Under the pieces are notes generated by a model, which worked only from the letters and a program-made list of their open reading frames with translations, had not been told where the DNA came from and searched no databases. Source: Candidatus Parcubacteria bacterium (GTDB lineage Bacteria > Patescibacteriota > Minisyncoccia > Phycocordibacterales > UBA5272). Taken from it: a stretch of DNA of 53,342 nt. Position 1 is the first letter of the stretch. Each line of letters opens with the position of its first letter. The stretch is taken from the NCBI GenBank assembly GCA_039796775.1, contig JBDKJD010000005.1:1-53342 (forward strand). Reading direction: 5' to 3'. Made by a program: the position numbers and the translations under genes. Shown piece after piece: positions 36,370 through 45,164 of the stretch.

Positions 36370-36424
36370 TGGTATTGGATAATCTTGTATTAAGATGTAT
36401 AGCGGTAATAGAATAGTTGACTCT

Positions 36425-36469
36425 ATATAAAACTAAAGTATAGCATGATGCTATACTTTAGTTTTATAT
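36425..36469. promoter_or_regulatory. 45-nt perfect palindrome (22-nt arms, 1-nt centre) in the uppP/PAP2 divergent region
   Basis: atataaaactaaagtatagcat g atgctatactttagttttatat. The right arm runs into the PAP2 ATG (36468). Confidence 0.5.
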
Positions 36470-36938
36470 GAAGGAAATGCAAGTGTTCAAAATAATCGCT
36501 GTGTATGGAGTTTTGGCTTCACTTGCTCTCTTTGTTATTTTGCTTTTTCAGCTAAGCTCTTTTGAGGAGTGTTTATTCAGAATTATAAATATCGGATCAA
36601 TTGTCACACTCGCTGTTTGTTCAGCAAAATTGCTCAAGTATATATTCAAAAAACATCGCCCGAAGCACATGGCGTCCGTTCCAGAGGATTCATATGCATT
36701 TCCTTCTGCCCACGCTTCAGGACTCATGGCGCTCACATTTACTACGTACCAGGTTAGTCAACAATTCTTTGCGTATATTTTGATAGTGTCGTTATTAATT
36801 ATGTATGCGCGGGTCCGTTCCCGGGTTCACGATGTGTATGACATGATTGGTGGAACGGTGGTAGCTTTTGTTGTGACCATCAGTTTAAAAGAGCAAGTAT
36901 CCTACTTTTCGTCATATATTATAGATTTTATTCTATAA
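36468..36938 (+). CDS. PAP2-family phosphatase (possible second undecaprenyl-PP phosphatase)
   Basis: The three PAP2 motifs are KKHRPKH, FPSAHAS and SRVHDVYDMIGG. Confidence 0.8.
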   Translation: MKEMQVFKIIAVYGVLASLALFVILLFQLSSFEECLFRIINIGSIVTLAVCSAKLLKYIFKKHRPKHMASVPEDSYAFPSAHASGLMALTFTTYQVSQQFFAYILIVSLLIMYARVRSRVHDVYDMIGGTVVAFVVTISLKEQVSYFSSYIIDFIL

Positions 36939-36973
36939 ACATAAAGAGCAAGAGCTCTGTGTTACACTCATAA

Positions 36974-37008
36974 AAAAGCTAAAAGCCAAAAGCTAATAGC
37001 TAATAGCT
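36974..37008 (+). repeat. (AAWAGCY)x5 heptamer array ending 4 nt before the smc ATG
   Basis: The array reads aaaagct aaaagcc aaaagct aatagct aatagct. Confidence 0.85.
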
Positions 37009-37012
37009 ATTC

Positions 37013-39262
37013 ATGCATCTCTCACACATTACTCTTAATGGTTTCAAATCGTTTGCCAAGAAGACAACACTTGATGTTACGCATCAAGTGACTGGTGTTG
37101 TTGGACCAAATGGTAGCGGAAAGTCAAATATCGCAGAAGCGATACGGTTCGTACTCGGAGAGCAGTCAATGAAGAGTATGCGTTCAAAGTCAGGAAGTGA
37201 TGTTATTTTCAAAGGTTCAGAACATTTATCGCCTATGTCACGCGCAACAGTCACTATGGTGATAGACAATAGGGATAAAAGTAGACTCTCTGTTTCTCAT
37301 GCAAGTGGTGACCTCGCCCCTTATCTTGTGTATGATGAACTCACGCTTTCTCGCACTATTTATGCAGATGGTGGAAGCGAATACACATTAAATGGTGCGA
37401 AGGTGAGATTAAAAGACGTTCAGGAATTACTTTCTTTTGCTGGTATTGGAGGAAGTGCTCATACTATTATCAATCAAGGAGAAGCTGACAAGATACTTCT
37501 CGCTAACCCTAAAGAGAGAAAGGAAGCGCTCGAAGATGCGCTTGGGCTCAGGGTCTTTCATCTTCGATTAAACGAGAGTAGTCGTAAGTTAGAGAAAGTC
37601 AAAACTCATGTCAAAGAAGTGGAAGCTCTCAGAAGAGAAGTTAAGCCTCATCTTTCTCACTTAGAACGTCAGGTTAAAAAGATCGAACAAGGTGAAGAAG
37701 AAAGAAAAAAATTATCTGGGTATTTGTCGGTCTATTTAAAACGAGAAGAAAAAGAAATAGACAATAAGAAAAGGGAGATGTATGAAAGAGGAACAGCTAA
37801 CTCTCTTCATCTCGTAGAAGAAACAATAAAAAAAGAGTTACTACTTCTGAGTGAGCAAAAAGATGTTTCTACCAAAGAAGAAAAAGAGAGAAAGATAGAA
37901 GCAGAGAAAGAGAGACTCTTAGCTGAGAAGTCACTTGATGAAGAGAAATTACGAGAAGTAACTAAGAGTTTAGGAAGATTAGAAGCAGAGGTTAGTTTTT
38001 TGGAGCGTGAACTCAAGCGAGAAGTCGAAGTGTCTAGCGTATCGATAGAACAGAATATTCTCGTCACAACCAAGACTGCAATACATGACAAAATTGGAAC
38101 AGCGATACGCTTTATCTCTTCCAAAGAGTATCAAAAAGGAGAAGATACACTCAACCTCTTATCACAAGATGCTGATGCTTTTTTTGACGCATATATTTAT
38201 AATGACGATAAGCGTAAGACTGAGTTAGAAGAAGAAATACAAACAATAAAACATCAAATCATCACACTTGAAAAGGATGCGAGAGAGTTAAGCGGAAACG
38301 TTAAAGCTTTGTCTGACAGTATCGATATTGTGGTTGGGTCTATGAGTAGTGTCCTCGTCTCTCACCATGAAGAAGAGAAGAAGAAGGTGCTTCTAGAGAG
38401 TAAGTTGCGAGAGCTTTCTAGTGAGATTAGGTTAAGAGAGCAAGAAGAAAGAGAATTAGAAGAGAGGTCGGCATCGTTTGAAGCATTGCTCGAAGAGGGT
38501 ATCTTAATTGTAGGCAGAACAATGGCCGAGTATAGAGAGCTTGTAGATGATACAGAGAACACTCTTCTGTCTCAGCATGATTTGCGTCGAGCTATTGAGC
38601 GTTCCAAGTTGCGTATTGAAGAAGCCAGTCTTCCTAACAAAGATGAGATTGTTAAAGAGTATGAGACCACCAAAGAGAGAGATATATATCTTGAGAAAGA
38701 GTTGCTCGATATACAAGAAACAGAAAAGAAGCTATTACTCTTGATCGAAGAATTAACAGGTACATTACATGATAAGTTCTTGTCAGGAATAGAAGAGATA
38801 TCAAACATCTTCTCATCATTTTTTGGAGAAATATATCATGGAGGCAAAGCGTCGCTCACAAAAGTCACCCGTAAAAGAATAAATGAATTAGGTGAAGAGG
38901 AGGTAGAAGAAGGAATCGACTTAGATGTGAGCTTGCCGAATAAGAAAGTGAAAGAGCTTGCTATGTTCTCAGGTGGTGAGCGAGCACTCGTATCGATCGC
39001 GCTACTCTTCGCGATGTCGCAAGTCACACCACCACCGTTTATGGTGCTCGATGAGACAGATGCGCCACTTGATGAGTCTAATGCTAGGAAGTACGGTGCG
39101 ATGATGAGGAGGCTCGCAGAGAAGAGTAAGCTTCTTGTGATTACACACAACCGTGAGACCATGAATCACTGCGATATGCTTTATGGGGTGACACTTGGTG
39201 TTGAGGGTGGGTCTAAGCTCCTCTCTGTTAATTTAAAAGACGCAGAAGGGTATACGAAGTAG
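37013..39262 (+). CDS. smc: SMC-family chromosome segregation ATPase, short form without recognisable hinge
   Basis: The N-terminus reads ITLNGFKSFAKK...GPNGSGKSNIAEAIRFVLGEQS and the C-terminus FSGGERALVSIALLFA...MVLDETDAPLD. It is only 749 aa, and the middle is all charged coiled-coil-like sequence. Confidence 0.8.
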   Translation: MHLSHITLNGFKSFAKKTTLDVTHQVTGVVGPNGSGKSNIAEAIRFVLGEQSMKSMRSKSGSDVIFKGSEHLSPMSRATVTMVIDNRDKSRLSVSHASGDLAPYLVYDELTLSRTIYADGGSEYTLNGAKVRLKDVQELLSFAGIGGSAHTIINQGEADKILLANPKERKEALEDALGLRVFHLRLNESSRKLEKVKTHVKEVEALRREVKPHLSHLERQVKKIEQGEEERKKLSGYLSVYLKREEKEIDNKKREMYERGTANSLHLVEETIKKELLLLSEQKDVSTKEEKERKIEAEKERLLAEKSLDEEKLREVTKSLGRLEAEVSFLERELKREVEVSSVSIEQNILVTTKTAIHDKIGTAIRFISSKEYQKGEDTLNLLSQDADAFFDAYIYNDDKRKTELEEEIQTIKHQIITLEKDARELSGNVKALSDSIDIVVGSMSSVLVSHHEEEKKKVLLESKLRELSSEIRLREQEERELEERSASFEALLEEGILIVGRTMAEYRELVDDTENTLLSQHDLRRAIERSKLRIEEASLPNKDEIVKEYETTKERDIYLEKELLDIQETEKKLLLLIEELTGTLHDKFLSGIEEISNIFSSFFGEIYHGGKASLTKVTRKRINELGEEEVEEGIDLDVSLPNKKVKELAMFSGGERALVSIALLFAMSQVTPPPFMVLDETDAPLDESNARKYGAMMRRLAEKSKLLVITHNRETMNHCDMLYGVTLGVEGGSKLLSVNLKDAEGYTK

Positions 39263-39316
39263 AGTAAAACAAAGCCCCGTCTATGACGAGGCTTTTGAGG
39301 CGTCGCTTTACTGCGA

Positions 39317-39868
39317 CTAGCGCTTGGTGTCCGAGAGAGCGCCAAGTAGCATGGACATGGAGCTCATGTGCGCGGAGGGGGAGGAGACCTGTGCGTGAAT
39401 CTCCGCAGCCACAGCGACCAGGGCTGCCTGCTCATTGCTGAGTGCGCCGCCGAGGGCGCGGATCATGGCGACGACCGTCACGCCAAGGCCGGCATGCGAG
39501 TAGAGACCGAGTCCGACCGCCTTGCAGAAGTCAGGGTTCTCATTGAAAAAGCGGTCTATTTCTTCGTTGCCAGGAAGGTCGTCATCGACGGCTAGGCCCT
39601 CGAACTTCTTGGCAAGGGGGACCGACACTTCCTTGGTGACCTGTGGGCTGTGCCAGATGTTGAGGATGTTGCCGTCCTTGTCGACAGGCATTCTTTTCTC
39701 GTCGCTCCATCGGAACAGGCGAGAGATACCGTGGACATGGTTGCCACAATCGCAGATCTGACCGAGGTGCTTCCACTCACCACCTTCTCCGCGGGTTTTC
39801 AGGACCAGGAATTCGGATTTCATCCCGCAGATACTGATGACATCGCCAGCAGCGAGGTTGTTGAACAT
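39317..39868 (-). CDS. Hypothetical protein, strongly GC-rich
   Basis: The start is taken at MFNNLAAGD, which coincides with the GC step. A 60-nt sample (39361-39420) is about 65% G+C. No motif is present. Confidence 0.5.
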   Translation of the reverse strand: MFNNLAAGDVISICGMKSEFLVLKTRGEGGEWKHLGQICDCGNHVHGISRLFRWSDEKRMPVDKDGNILNIWHSPQVTKEVSVPLAKKFEGLAVDDDLPGNEEIDRFFNENPDFCKAVGLGLYSHAGLGVTVVAMIRALGGALSNEQAALVAVAAEIHAQVSSPSAHMSSMSMLLGALSDTKR

Positions 39869-40043
39869 GGTTTTTGGGTTAGTTGCCAAGATATTACTCC
39901 AAAATAAAGAAAAAATCCATGCAAAATTTGCATGGGCTATCTTTAATATATTATACTTAATGTAATCTGTCAAGTTTTATTTTTATAAAAATTCTTAAGC
40001 AGAATATCTGATACTTTGTGATTTCATGATATAGTAGTTCAAT

Positions 40044-41984
40044 ATGCAACGACTTTATACAGGTTCAATTTCTATTACGTCCAAAAAAGACGGATATGTT
40101 CGTGTCGCGGAATTGGAATCCGAAGGATCAATATTCGTCGATCATTCGCATCTTAATACAGCGCTCCACTATGACACTGTAGAGGTGGAGCTTCTCGGTA
40201 AGCACACCAATCAAAAAGGGGAGCAAGAGATGTTCGGAAAAGTAACACATGTCATCGAGAGAAGTAAGAAAGGATACGCTGGAGTGCTCGAGCAGGATCA
40301 TGGGATGTGCTTCCTGGTGCCAGACGATAAGAAGATGTATACCGATATCTTGATTGATACGAATCATCTTCATGATGCAGAGCCTGGAATGAAAATAATA
40401 GCATCAATTCTTGAGTGGTCCGATCCGAAGAAGTCTCCAATTGGAGCGGTGACTGCGGTACTCGGAATGCCTGGAGATAATAACGCAGAGATGCTTGCAT
40501 ACGCTCTTGAGCGAGGATTCTCAGATGAGCATAATCATGCTGTGGTGGAAGAGGCTAATGCTATTAAAACTCGAGGGATAACAGAAGAAGACAAAGCCGG
40601 AAGACGAGACTTCCGTCAGGTGCCAACGTTTACGATTGACCCAATTGATGCTAAGGACTTCGATGATGCTATATCATTTAAGAAACTTGATAACGGTCAT
40701 TACGAGGTTGGTGTGCATATCGCAGATGTGTCGTATTATGTGCGCCCGGGTATGGCGCTCGATGAGGATGCTATCGCTCGACAGACTAGTGTGTATCTCG
40801 TTGACAGATGTATTCCGATGCTCCCTGAAGTACTCTCTAACGACCTCTGCTCTCTCGTGCAAGGACAAGACCGTCTCGTGATGTCGTGCGTGCTTGAGCT
40901 TGACGATGAAGGTGAGGTGTACGGTGAGTGGTATGGAAGGTCACTCATCAATTCACATCGAAGATACACTTACGAGGATGCGCAGACTACACTTGATATT
41001 GGAAAGGGAGATTTTTATGAAGAGCTTACTATTCTTAACAAGATAGCAAAGACGCTTACCAAGAAGCGATTTGAAGGTGGCGCACTATCTCTTGAAACAG
41101 AAGAAGTTAAATTTAAATTAGATGAGAAAGGTGTGCCAGTGGATGTGTATACCAAGGAGCGCGGCGATACTCATAAGCTCATCGAGGAATACATGCTCTT
41201 AGCTAATAAATATGTGAGTAAGTTCATCACTAAAAAGCAAGAGGAAAAAGTAGGCGAAGGAAAAGCAATCTGCGTATATCGTGTGCATGATAAGCCTGAT
41301 GCTGATCGTATGCATGATCTTGACCTCTATATCAGAAGTCTCGGATATCATGTACGGTTTATGGATGGACTCATCGCTTCTCCTGAATTAAATACATTAC
41401 TTGCAAAGATTGGCGATAGACCAGAGAAGCCGCTCCTACAGATGCACATCACACGCTCAATGGCCAAAGCTATATATAGTACCAAAAATATCGGCCACTA
41501 CGGTCTCGCTTTTGATTACTATTCCCACTTCACTTCGCCGATTAGACGATATCCAGATGTGCTCACACACAGACTACTCATGAGAGTACTTGAGGAGGAT
41601 TATCCAAAAGAAGAAGAGAGAGGTCTATTCGACAAGTTGTGTCTACAAGCGTCACGTAGAGAAAAGGAAGCGTCAGATGCTGAGCGTGGAAGTATCAAGT
41701 ACAAGCAGGTGGAGTATATGTCATACAGAGTAGGGCAAGAGTTTGATGGTATGGTCTCTGGAATATCAGAGTGGGGCCTGTATGTAGAAGAGAAGAAGAG
41801 CAAGTGCGAGGGCATGATTAAGCTACGTGACTTAGGGAATGACTTCTTTGTGTATGACGCGAAGAATAACAGAGTGTTTGGAGAGCGCACCGGTATCGAG
41901 TGGAAAATAGGAACGCCGATCAGAATAAAAGTAAAAGGAGCGAACCTTGATCTCAAATTGATTGATTATCAATTGGTTGCTTAG
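40044..41984 (+). CDS. rnr: Ribonuclease R (RNase II/R family)
   Basis: RNB motifs are TIDPIDAKDFDDAIS, VYLVDRCIPMLP and HYGLAFDYYSHFTSPIRRYPD, with a C-terminal S1-like domain. Confidence 0.9.
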   Translation: MQRLYTGSISITSKKDGYVRVAELESEGSIFVDHSHLNTALHYDTVEVELLGKHTNQKGEQEMFGKVTHVIERSKKGYAGVLEQDHGMCFLVPDDKKMYTDILIDTNHLHDAEPGMKIIASILEWSDPKKSPIGAVTAVLGMPGDNNAEMLAYALERGFSDEHNHAVVEEANAIKTRGITEEDKAGRRDFRQVPTFTIDPIDAKDFDDAISFKKLDNGHYEVGVHIADVSYYVRPGMALDEDAIARQTSVYLVDRCIPMLPEVLSNDLCSLVQGQDRLVMSCVLELDDEGEVYGEWYGRSLINSHRRYTYEDAQTTLDIGKGDFYEELTILNKIAKTLTKKRFEGGALSLETEEVKFKLDEKGVPVDVYTKERGDTHKLIEEYMLLANKYVSKFITKKQEEKVGEGKAICVYRVHDKPDADRMHDLDLYIRSLGYHVRFMDGLIASPELNTLLAKIGDRPEKPLLQMHITRSMAKAIYSTKNIGHYGLAFDYYSHFTSPIRRYPDVLTHRLLMRVLEEDYPKEEERGLFDKLCLQASRREKEASDAERGSIKYKQVEYMSYRVGQEFDGMVSGISEWGLYVEEKKSKCEGMIKLRDLGNDFFVYDAKNNRVFGERTGIEWKIGTPIRIKVKGANLDLKLIDYQLVA

Positions 41985-42008
41985 AAGTTTTTACAAAAAC
42001 ACACATAA

Positions 42009-42020
42009 TTGACTAGTCAA
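42009..42020. promoter_or_regulatory. Perfect 12-bp palindrome TTGACTAGTCAA upstream of CDS 42087
   Basis: Direct reading. It lies 67 nt upstream of the ATG and doubles as a possible -35 (TTGACT). Confidence 0.3.
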
Positions 42021-42086
42021 GTAATCTGAGATACACTATATTGCATGTGTTCATTCAAAGTTATTCTTTAAAAGAAGGAGTCTCTA

Positions 42087-42989
42087 ATGACTTTCGTTAC
42101 AAAAATCTTGTTAGAGGTGGTTAACCTTCTCTTCAACAATCAAGGGGGTCTTCGTTTGCTTGGATGGCTCAAGCTCTTTGATGCAGTATTCGTGATGTAT
42201 CCAGCGGACCAAACATTCGCTGACCATTACACGTTTAAAACCCGACAACGGTTCATCAAGTGGAAGCCTTTTATCGTCGGCATGATCACTCTTCCCTCTG
42301 GGGCGCGTACGCTCATGTTCGCAATATCTGCTCACGTCGACGGAAGAGATCCCGACTACGATGCCAATGACTTGCGTGACCTGCATGCTCGCACTGAGTC
42401 CTTGAAAGGACTCTTACGTGCAAAGTCCACTCACTTTGCGGGCACCCTTCCTGGAAGGCTGTCTCATCTCAGAGTTCGTCGTGGAGACTGCCAAGGGATT
42501 GAGCAGAAGGCAACGGTTAAGAATGTGGTGACTGCGGTAGAAGAAACCCGGCACACTAGATGCTGCCCGATTGTCATTCTCGGAGCGAAAGGTTACGTTG
42601 GCCGCAAGGTTACCGAGTGCCTTTCTGAAGAGAAGAGGCTCAAGGTCTTCGCAGTAGATACTGATGGTGTCTACGAGGATGGGGTTCTGGTTGCGGATGA
42701 GTACGAGGGTCGTGATGACCCTCACCTCATCCTGAACATCACTCGACCTGAAGCCATCAATCCCTACATCGAGAAGATGGGGAAAAAAACCGTCGTCCTA
42801 AACGAGGTGTACCCAGCACCGCATCCGGATGTTGTGGCGTCGATGAAGGAAAGAGGGGTTACCGTGTACCATATCGCAGGTGTGAAAGCATCTGTGTGGC
42901 CACCGTTCCCTTCCGCCTATCAAGGTGCCGTGCCGTGCTGCGCAGCCCTTCCTCAAGAAAATTATAAGGTCCTAGTTATCGAACTGTAA
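42087..42989 (+). CDS. NAD(P)-binding oxidoreductase, COG5322-like (predicted amino-acid dehydrogenase / acyl-ACP-reductase-like layout)
   Basis: The Rossmann motif ILGAKGYVGRKV is central and there is a C-terminal ...VPCCAAL segment. AGGAG lies 7 nt upstream. A 60-nt sample is about 55% G+C. The family assignment comes from remembered architecture only. Confidence 0.4.
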   Translation: MTFVTKILLEVVNLLFNNQGGLRLLGWLKLFDAVFVMYPADQTFADHYTFKTRQRFIKWKPFIVGMITLPSGARTLMFAISAHVDGRDPDYDANDLRDLHARTESLKGLLRAKSTHFAGTLPGRLSHLRVRRGDCQGIEQKATVKNVVTAVEETRHTRCCPIVILGAKGYVGRKVTECLSEEKRLKVFAVDTDGVYEDGVLVADEYEGRDDPHLILNITRPEAINPYIEKMGKKTVVLNEVYPAPHPDVVASMKERGVTVYHIAGVKASVWPPFPSAYQGAVPCCAALPQENYKVLVIEL

Positions 42990-43010
42990 GTCCACGCTTT
43001 TGCGTGGATA

Positions 43011-43046
43011 AAGAGCCCTTGCGTAAGCTAGGGCTTCTTTTTTTGC
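43011..43046 (+). terminator. Rho-independent terminator (preceded by a second small hairpin at 42991-43008)
   Basis: aagagccct ... agggcttctt is followed by a T-run. Confidence 0.7.
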
Positions 43047-43061
43047 GCTATACTATTTCTC

Positions 43062-44669
43062 ATGTTCGTGTACGATACAATTAATACACTTCTTGCTATT
43101 ATCTTTCTTTTTAATGCCGCACTTCTTTTGCCGCTACTTCGTAATGTTCGTAACAACGTCCAGACTTTTGTTTATGCGATTAACATAGTAATGATTCTTT
43201 TATGGGTGGTGACAATGATAGGGTATCGCTCACAGAATGAATATTTTGATACATGGTTACGAGCGCTGTATGTTGCGGCGATATTTATCGGTGTGACATA
43301 TATGCAGTTTACATTTTTCTACCCAACAGTTCTTAGAAATGCAAAATATTATATTTACGTTGTTAATATTCTTGCGTTCGGTACTGCTTACCTGGTGACC
43401 CTTACTAACACGATTATTGTGAAAGGGGTGGCATCAGAGGTTGGTGAGCCTGGTATTGTATTTGGTGCTCTGTATCCATTATATATAGCCATTATTCTAG
43501 TTCCTTTTATTGCAGGCTTTTCTCGTCATATATATCTTGTCTATAAAAAGAATGTTAAGGTAATGTATCTTCTTTCTGGGTATAGCATCTCTGCTAATGT
43601 AGCTTTTATCACAAACCTCATTCTCCCATGGTTTGGTATTTTTATCTTTAACTGGGTTGGCCAGTTCTTTACTGTTATTATGGTGCTTTTTACCACATAT
43701 TCGATCCTTAAGTTTAACGTTATGAATATACGTTTCTTCGCTATTAATGTCGGAGTAGTATTTTTACTTATAGTAACTACAGCGCAAGTACTTTTTGCAG
43801 ACTCTATAAAGAATCTAATGGTGAGCGGACTAGTACTCTTTATTTCTTCTATCACCGGCTACTATCTCATTAAAATTAATAAAAGTGAAAGGGATGCTCT
43901 AGATCACTCAAAGCTACTTAATAGGAAGTTGGCGGACGCCAACGAGAAGCTCAAGTCTCTCGATAAATTAAAATCAGAGTTCATCTCTCTTACTTCTCAT
44001 CAGTTACGCAGTCCGCTAACAGTCATTAAAGGGTATGCGTCAACTCTTACAGATGGCGTGGTGGGAGAGCTAGACCCGAAGCAAAAAGAGATCGTAAGGC
44101 ATATCTACACATCAGCTCAAGGCCTCGCTAATGTAGTAGAAGATTTTCTCAATGTCACCAAGATAGAACAAGGTGGTATGAAGTATGAGTTCGGACTAGT
44201 CAATATTAAACAGATAGTAGGGGACTTATCTAGTGATATGAGGATTGCTGCAGAAGATAGAGGGTTACGATTTGAGAGTGAGATTGATGATGTGCATGAT
44301 TACACAATAGAGGGTGATGCAACGAAATTAAAACAAGTGTTTCTTAACTTGGTAGATAATAGTATCAAATATACGAAAGAAGGTTTTGTTAAAGTGTCTC
44401 TTACTCAGAATTCTCTCGATAAGAGCATGAAGTTCTCAGTCTCGGATTCCGGTATCGGTATAAGCAAAGAAACAAAAGAAAAGTTGTTTACTAAGTTTGG
44501 ACGCGGAGCAGGAAGCGCTCTTAATGGTGGAGGGTCTGGTTTAGGGTTATACCTTGCACAAGCAATTGTCGAGGCACATAAAGGTACCATTGAAGTGTCA
44601 TCGCAAGGGGAAGGGAAAGGGTCTACATTTAGTGTATTTTTACCCCTTCACCTGCAAACGAAAAAGTAG
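43062..44669 (+). CDS. Sensor histidine kinase with polytopic N-terminal domain
   Basis: The H-box is SLTSHQLRSPL, the N-box NLVDNSIKYT, and the G-boxes DSGIGI and GSGLGL. Confidence 0.9.
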   Translation: MFVYDTINTLLAIIFLFNAALLLPLLRNVRNNVQTFVYAINIVMILLWVVTMIGYRSQNEYFDTWLRALYVAAIFIGVTYMQFTFFYPTVLRNAKYYIYVVNILAFGTAYLVTLTNTIIVKGVASEVGEPGIVFGALYPLYIAIILVPFIAGFSRHIYLVYKKNVKVMYLLSGYSISANVAFITNLILPWFGIFIFNWVGQFFTVIMVLFTTYSILKFNVMNIRFFAINVGVVFLLIVTTAQVLFADSIKNLMVSGLVLFISSITGYYLIKINKSERDALDHSKLLNRKLADANEKLKSLDKLKSEFISLTSHQLRSPLTVIKGYASTLTDGVVGELDPKQKEIVRHIYTSAQGLANVVEDFLNVTKIEQGGMKYEFGLVNIKQIVGDLSSDMRIAAEDRGLRFESEIDDVHDYTIEGDATKLKQVFLNLVDNSIKYTKEGFVKVSLTQNSLDKSMKFSVSDSGIGISKETKEKLFTKFGRGAGSALNGGGSGLGLYLAQAIVEAHKGTIEVSSQGEGKGSTFSVFLPLHLQTKK

Positions 44670-44711
44670 CCGAGACATATTTTTGTAAGGAATGATATAC
44701 TTTCTAACAAC

Positions 44712-45092
44712 ATGAGGAAAATAATGATCATAGAAGATGATAAAAGTCTGCAAGAGATTTATAAGATTAATTTTGAAGTCGCAGGCTTTGATGTCGTTAT
44801 CGAAGGTGATGGATTGTCCGGTATATCTACCGTTGTTGAAAAGAAACCAGATATTATTCTTCTAGATATAATGATGCCAAATATGGATGGCTTTGCATTT
44901 CTTCGTGCCTTAAAAGAGAATACGAGCATAAGTGTTCCGGTTGTTGTGTGTTCTAATCTTTCTGACAAAGAAACATACGATAAGGCGTTCGCGGCAGGTG
45001 CTTCAGCTGTACTGCTTAAAGTTGACTACTCTGGTAAAGAACTAGTTCAGAAGATTGAAGGGATACTCATGCAGAAGAAGAGTGCACATTAG
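44712..45092 (+). CDS. Receiver-only (CheY-like) response regulator
   Basis: It has IIEDD, the DIMMP phospho-acceptor Asp and a conserved K (LLKV). No output domain is present. Confidence 0.85.
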   Translation: MRKIMIIEDDKSLQEIYKINFEVAGFDVVIEGDGLSGISTVVEKKPDIILLDIMMPNMDGFAFLRALKENTSISVPVVVCSNLSDKETYDKAFAAGASAVLLKVDYSGKELVQKIEGILMQKKSAH

Positions 45093-45164
45093 AAGGGTTA
45101 CACACAGTAGAAAAGATAAGAAAAAGTTATACTCTTAAGATGGTGCGCTAAGTTATTTTATTAT

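Noticed and set aside
39368-40969. Multiple 60-85-aa ORFs on both strands across 39.4-41.0 kb
   Set aside because: They overlap the 183-aa orphan and the well-supported rnr gene. They are by-products of the elevated G+C, and none has start signals.
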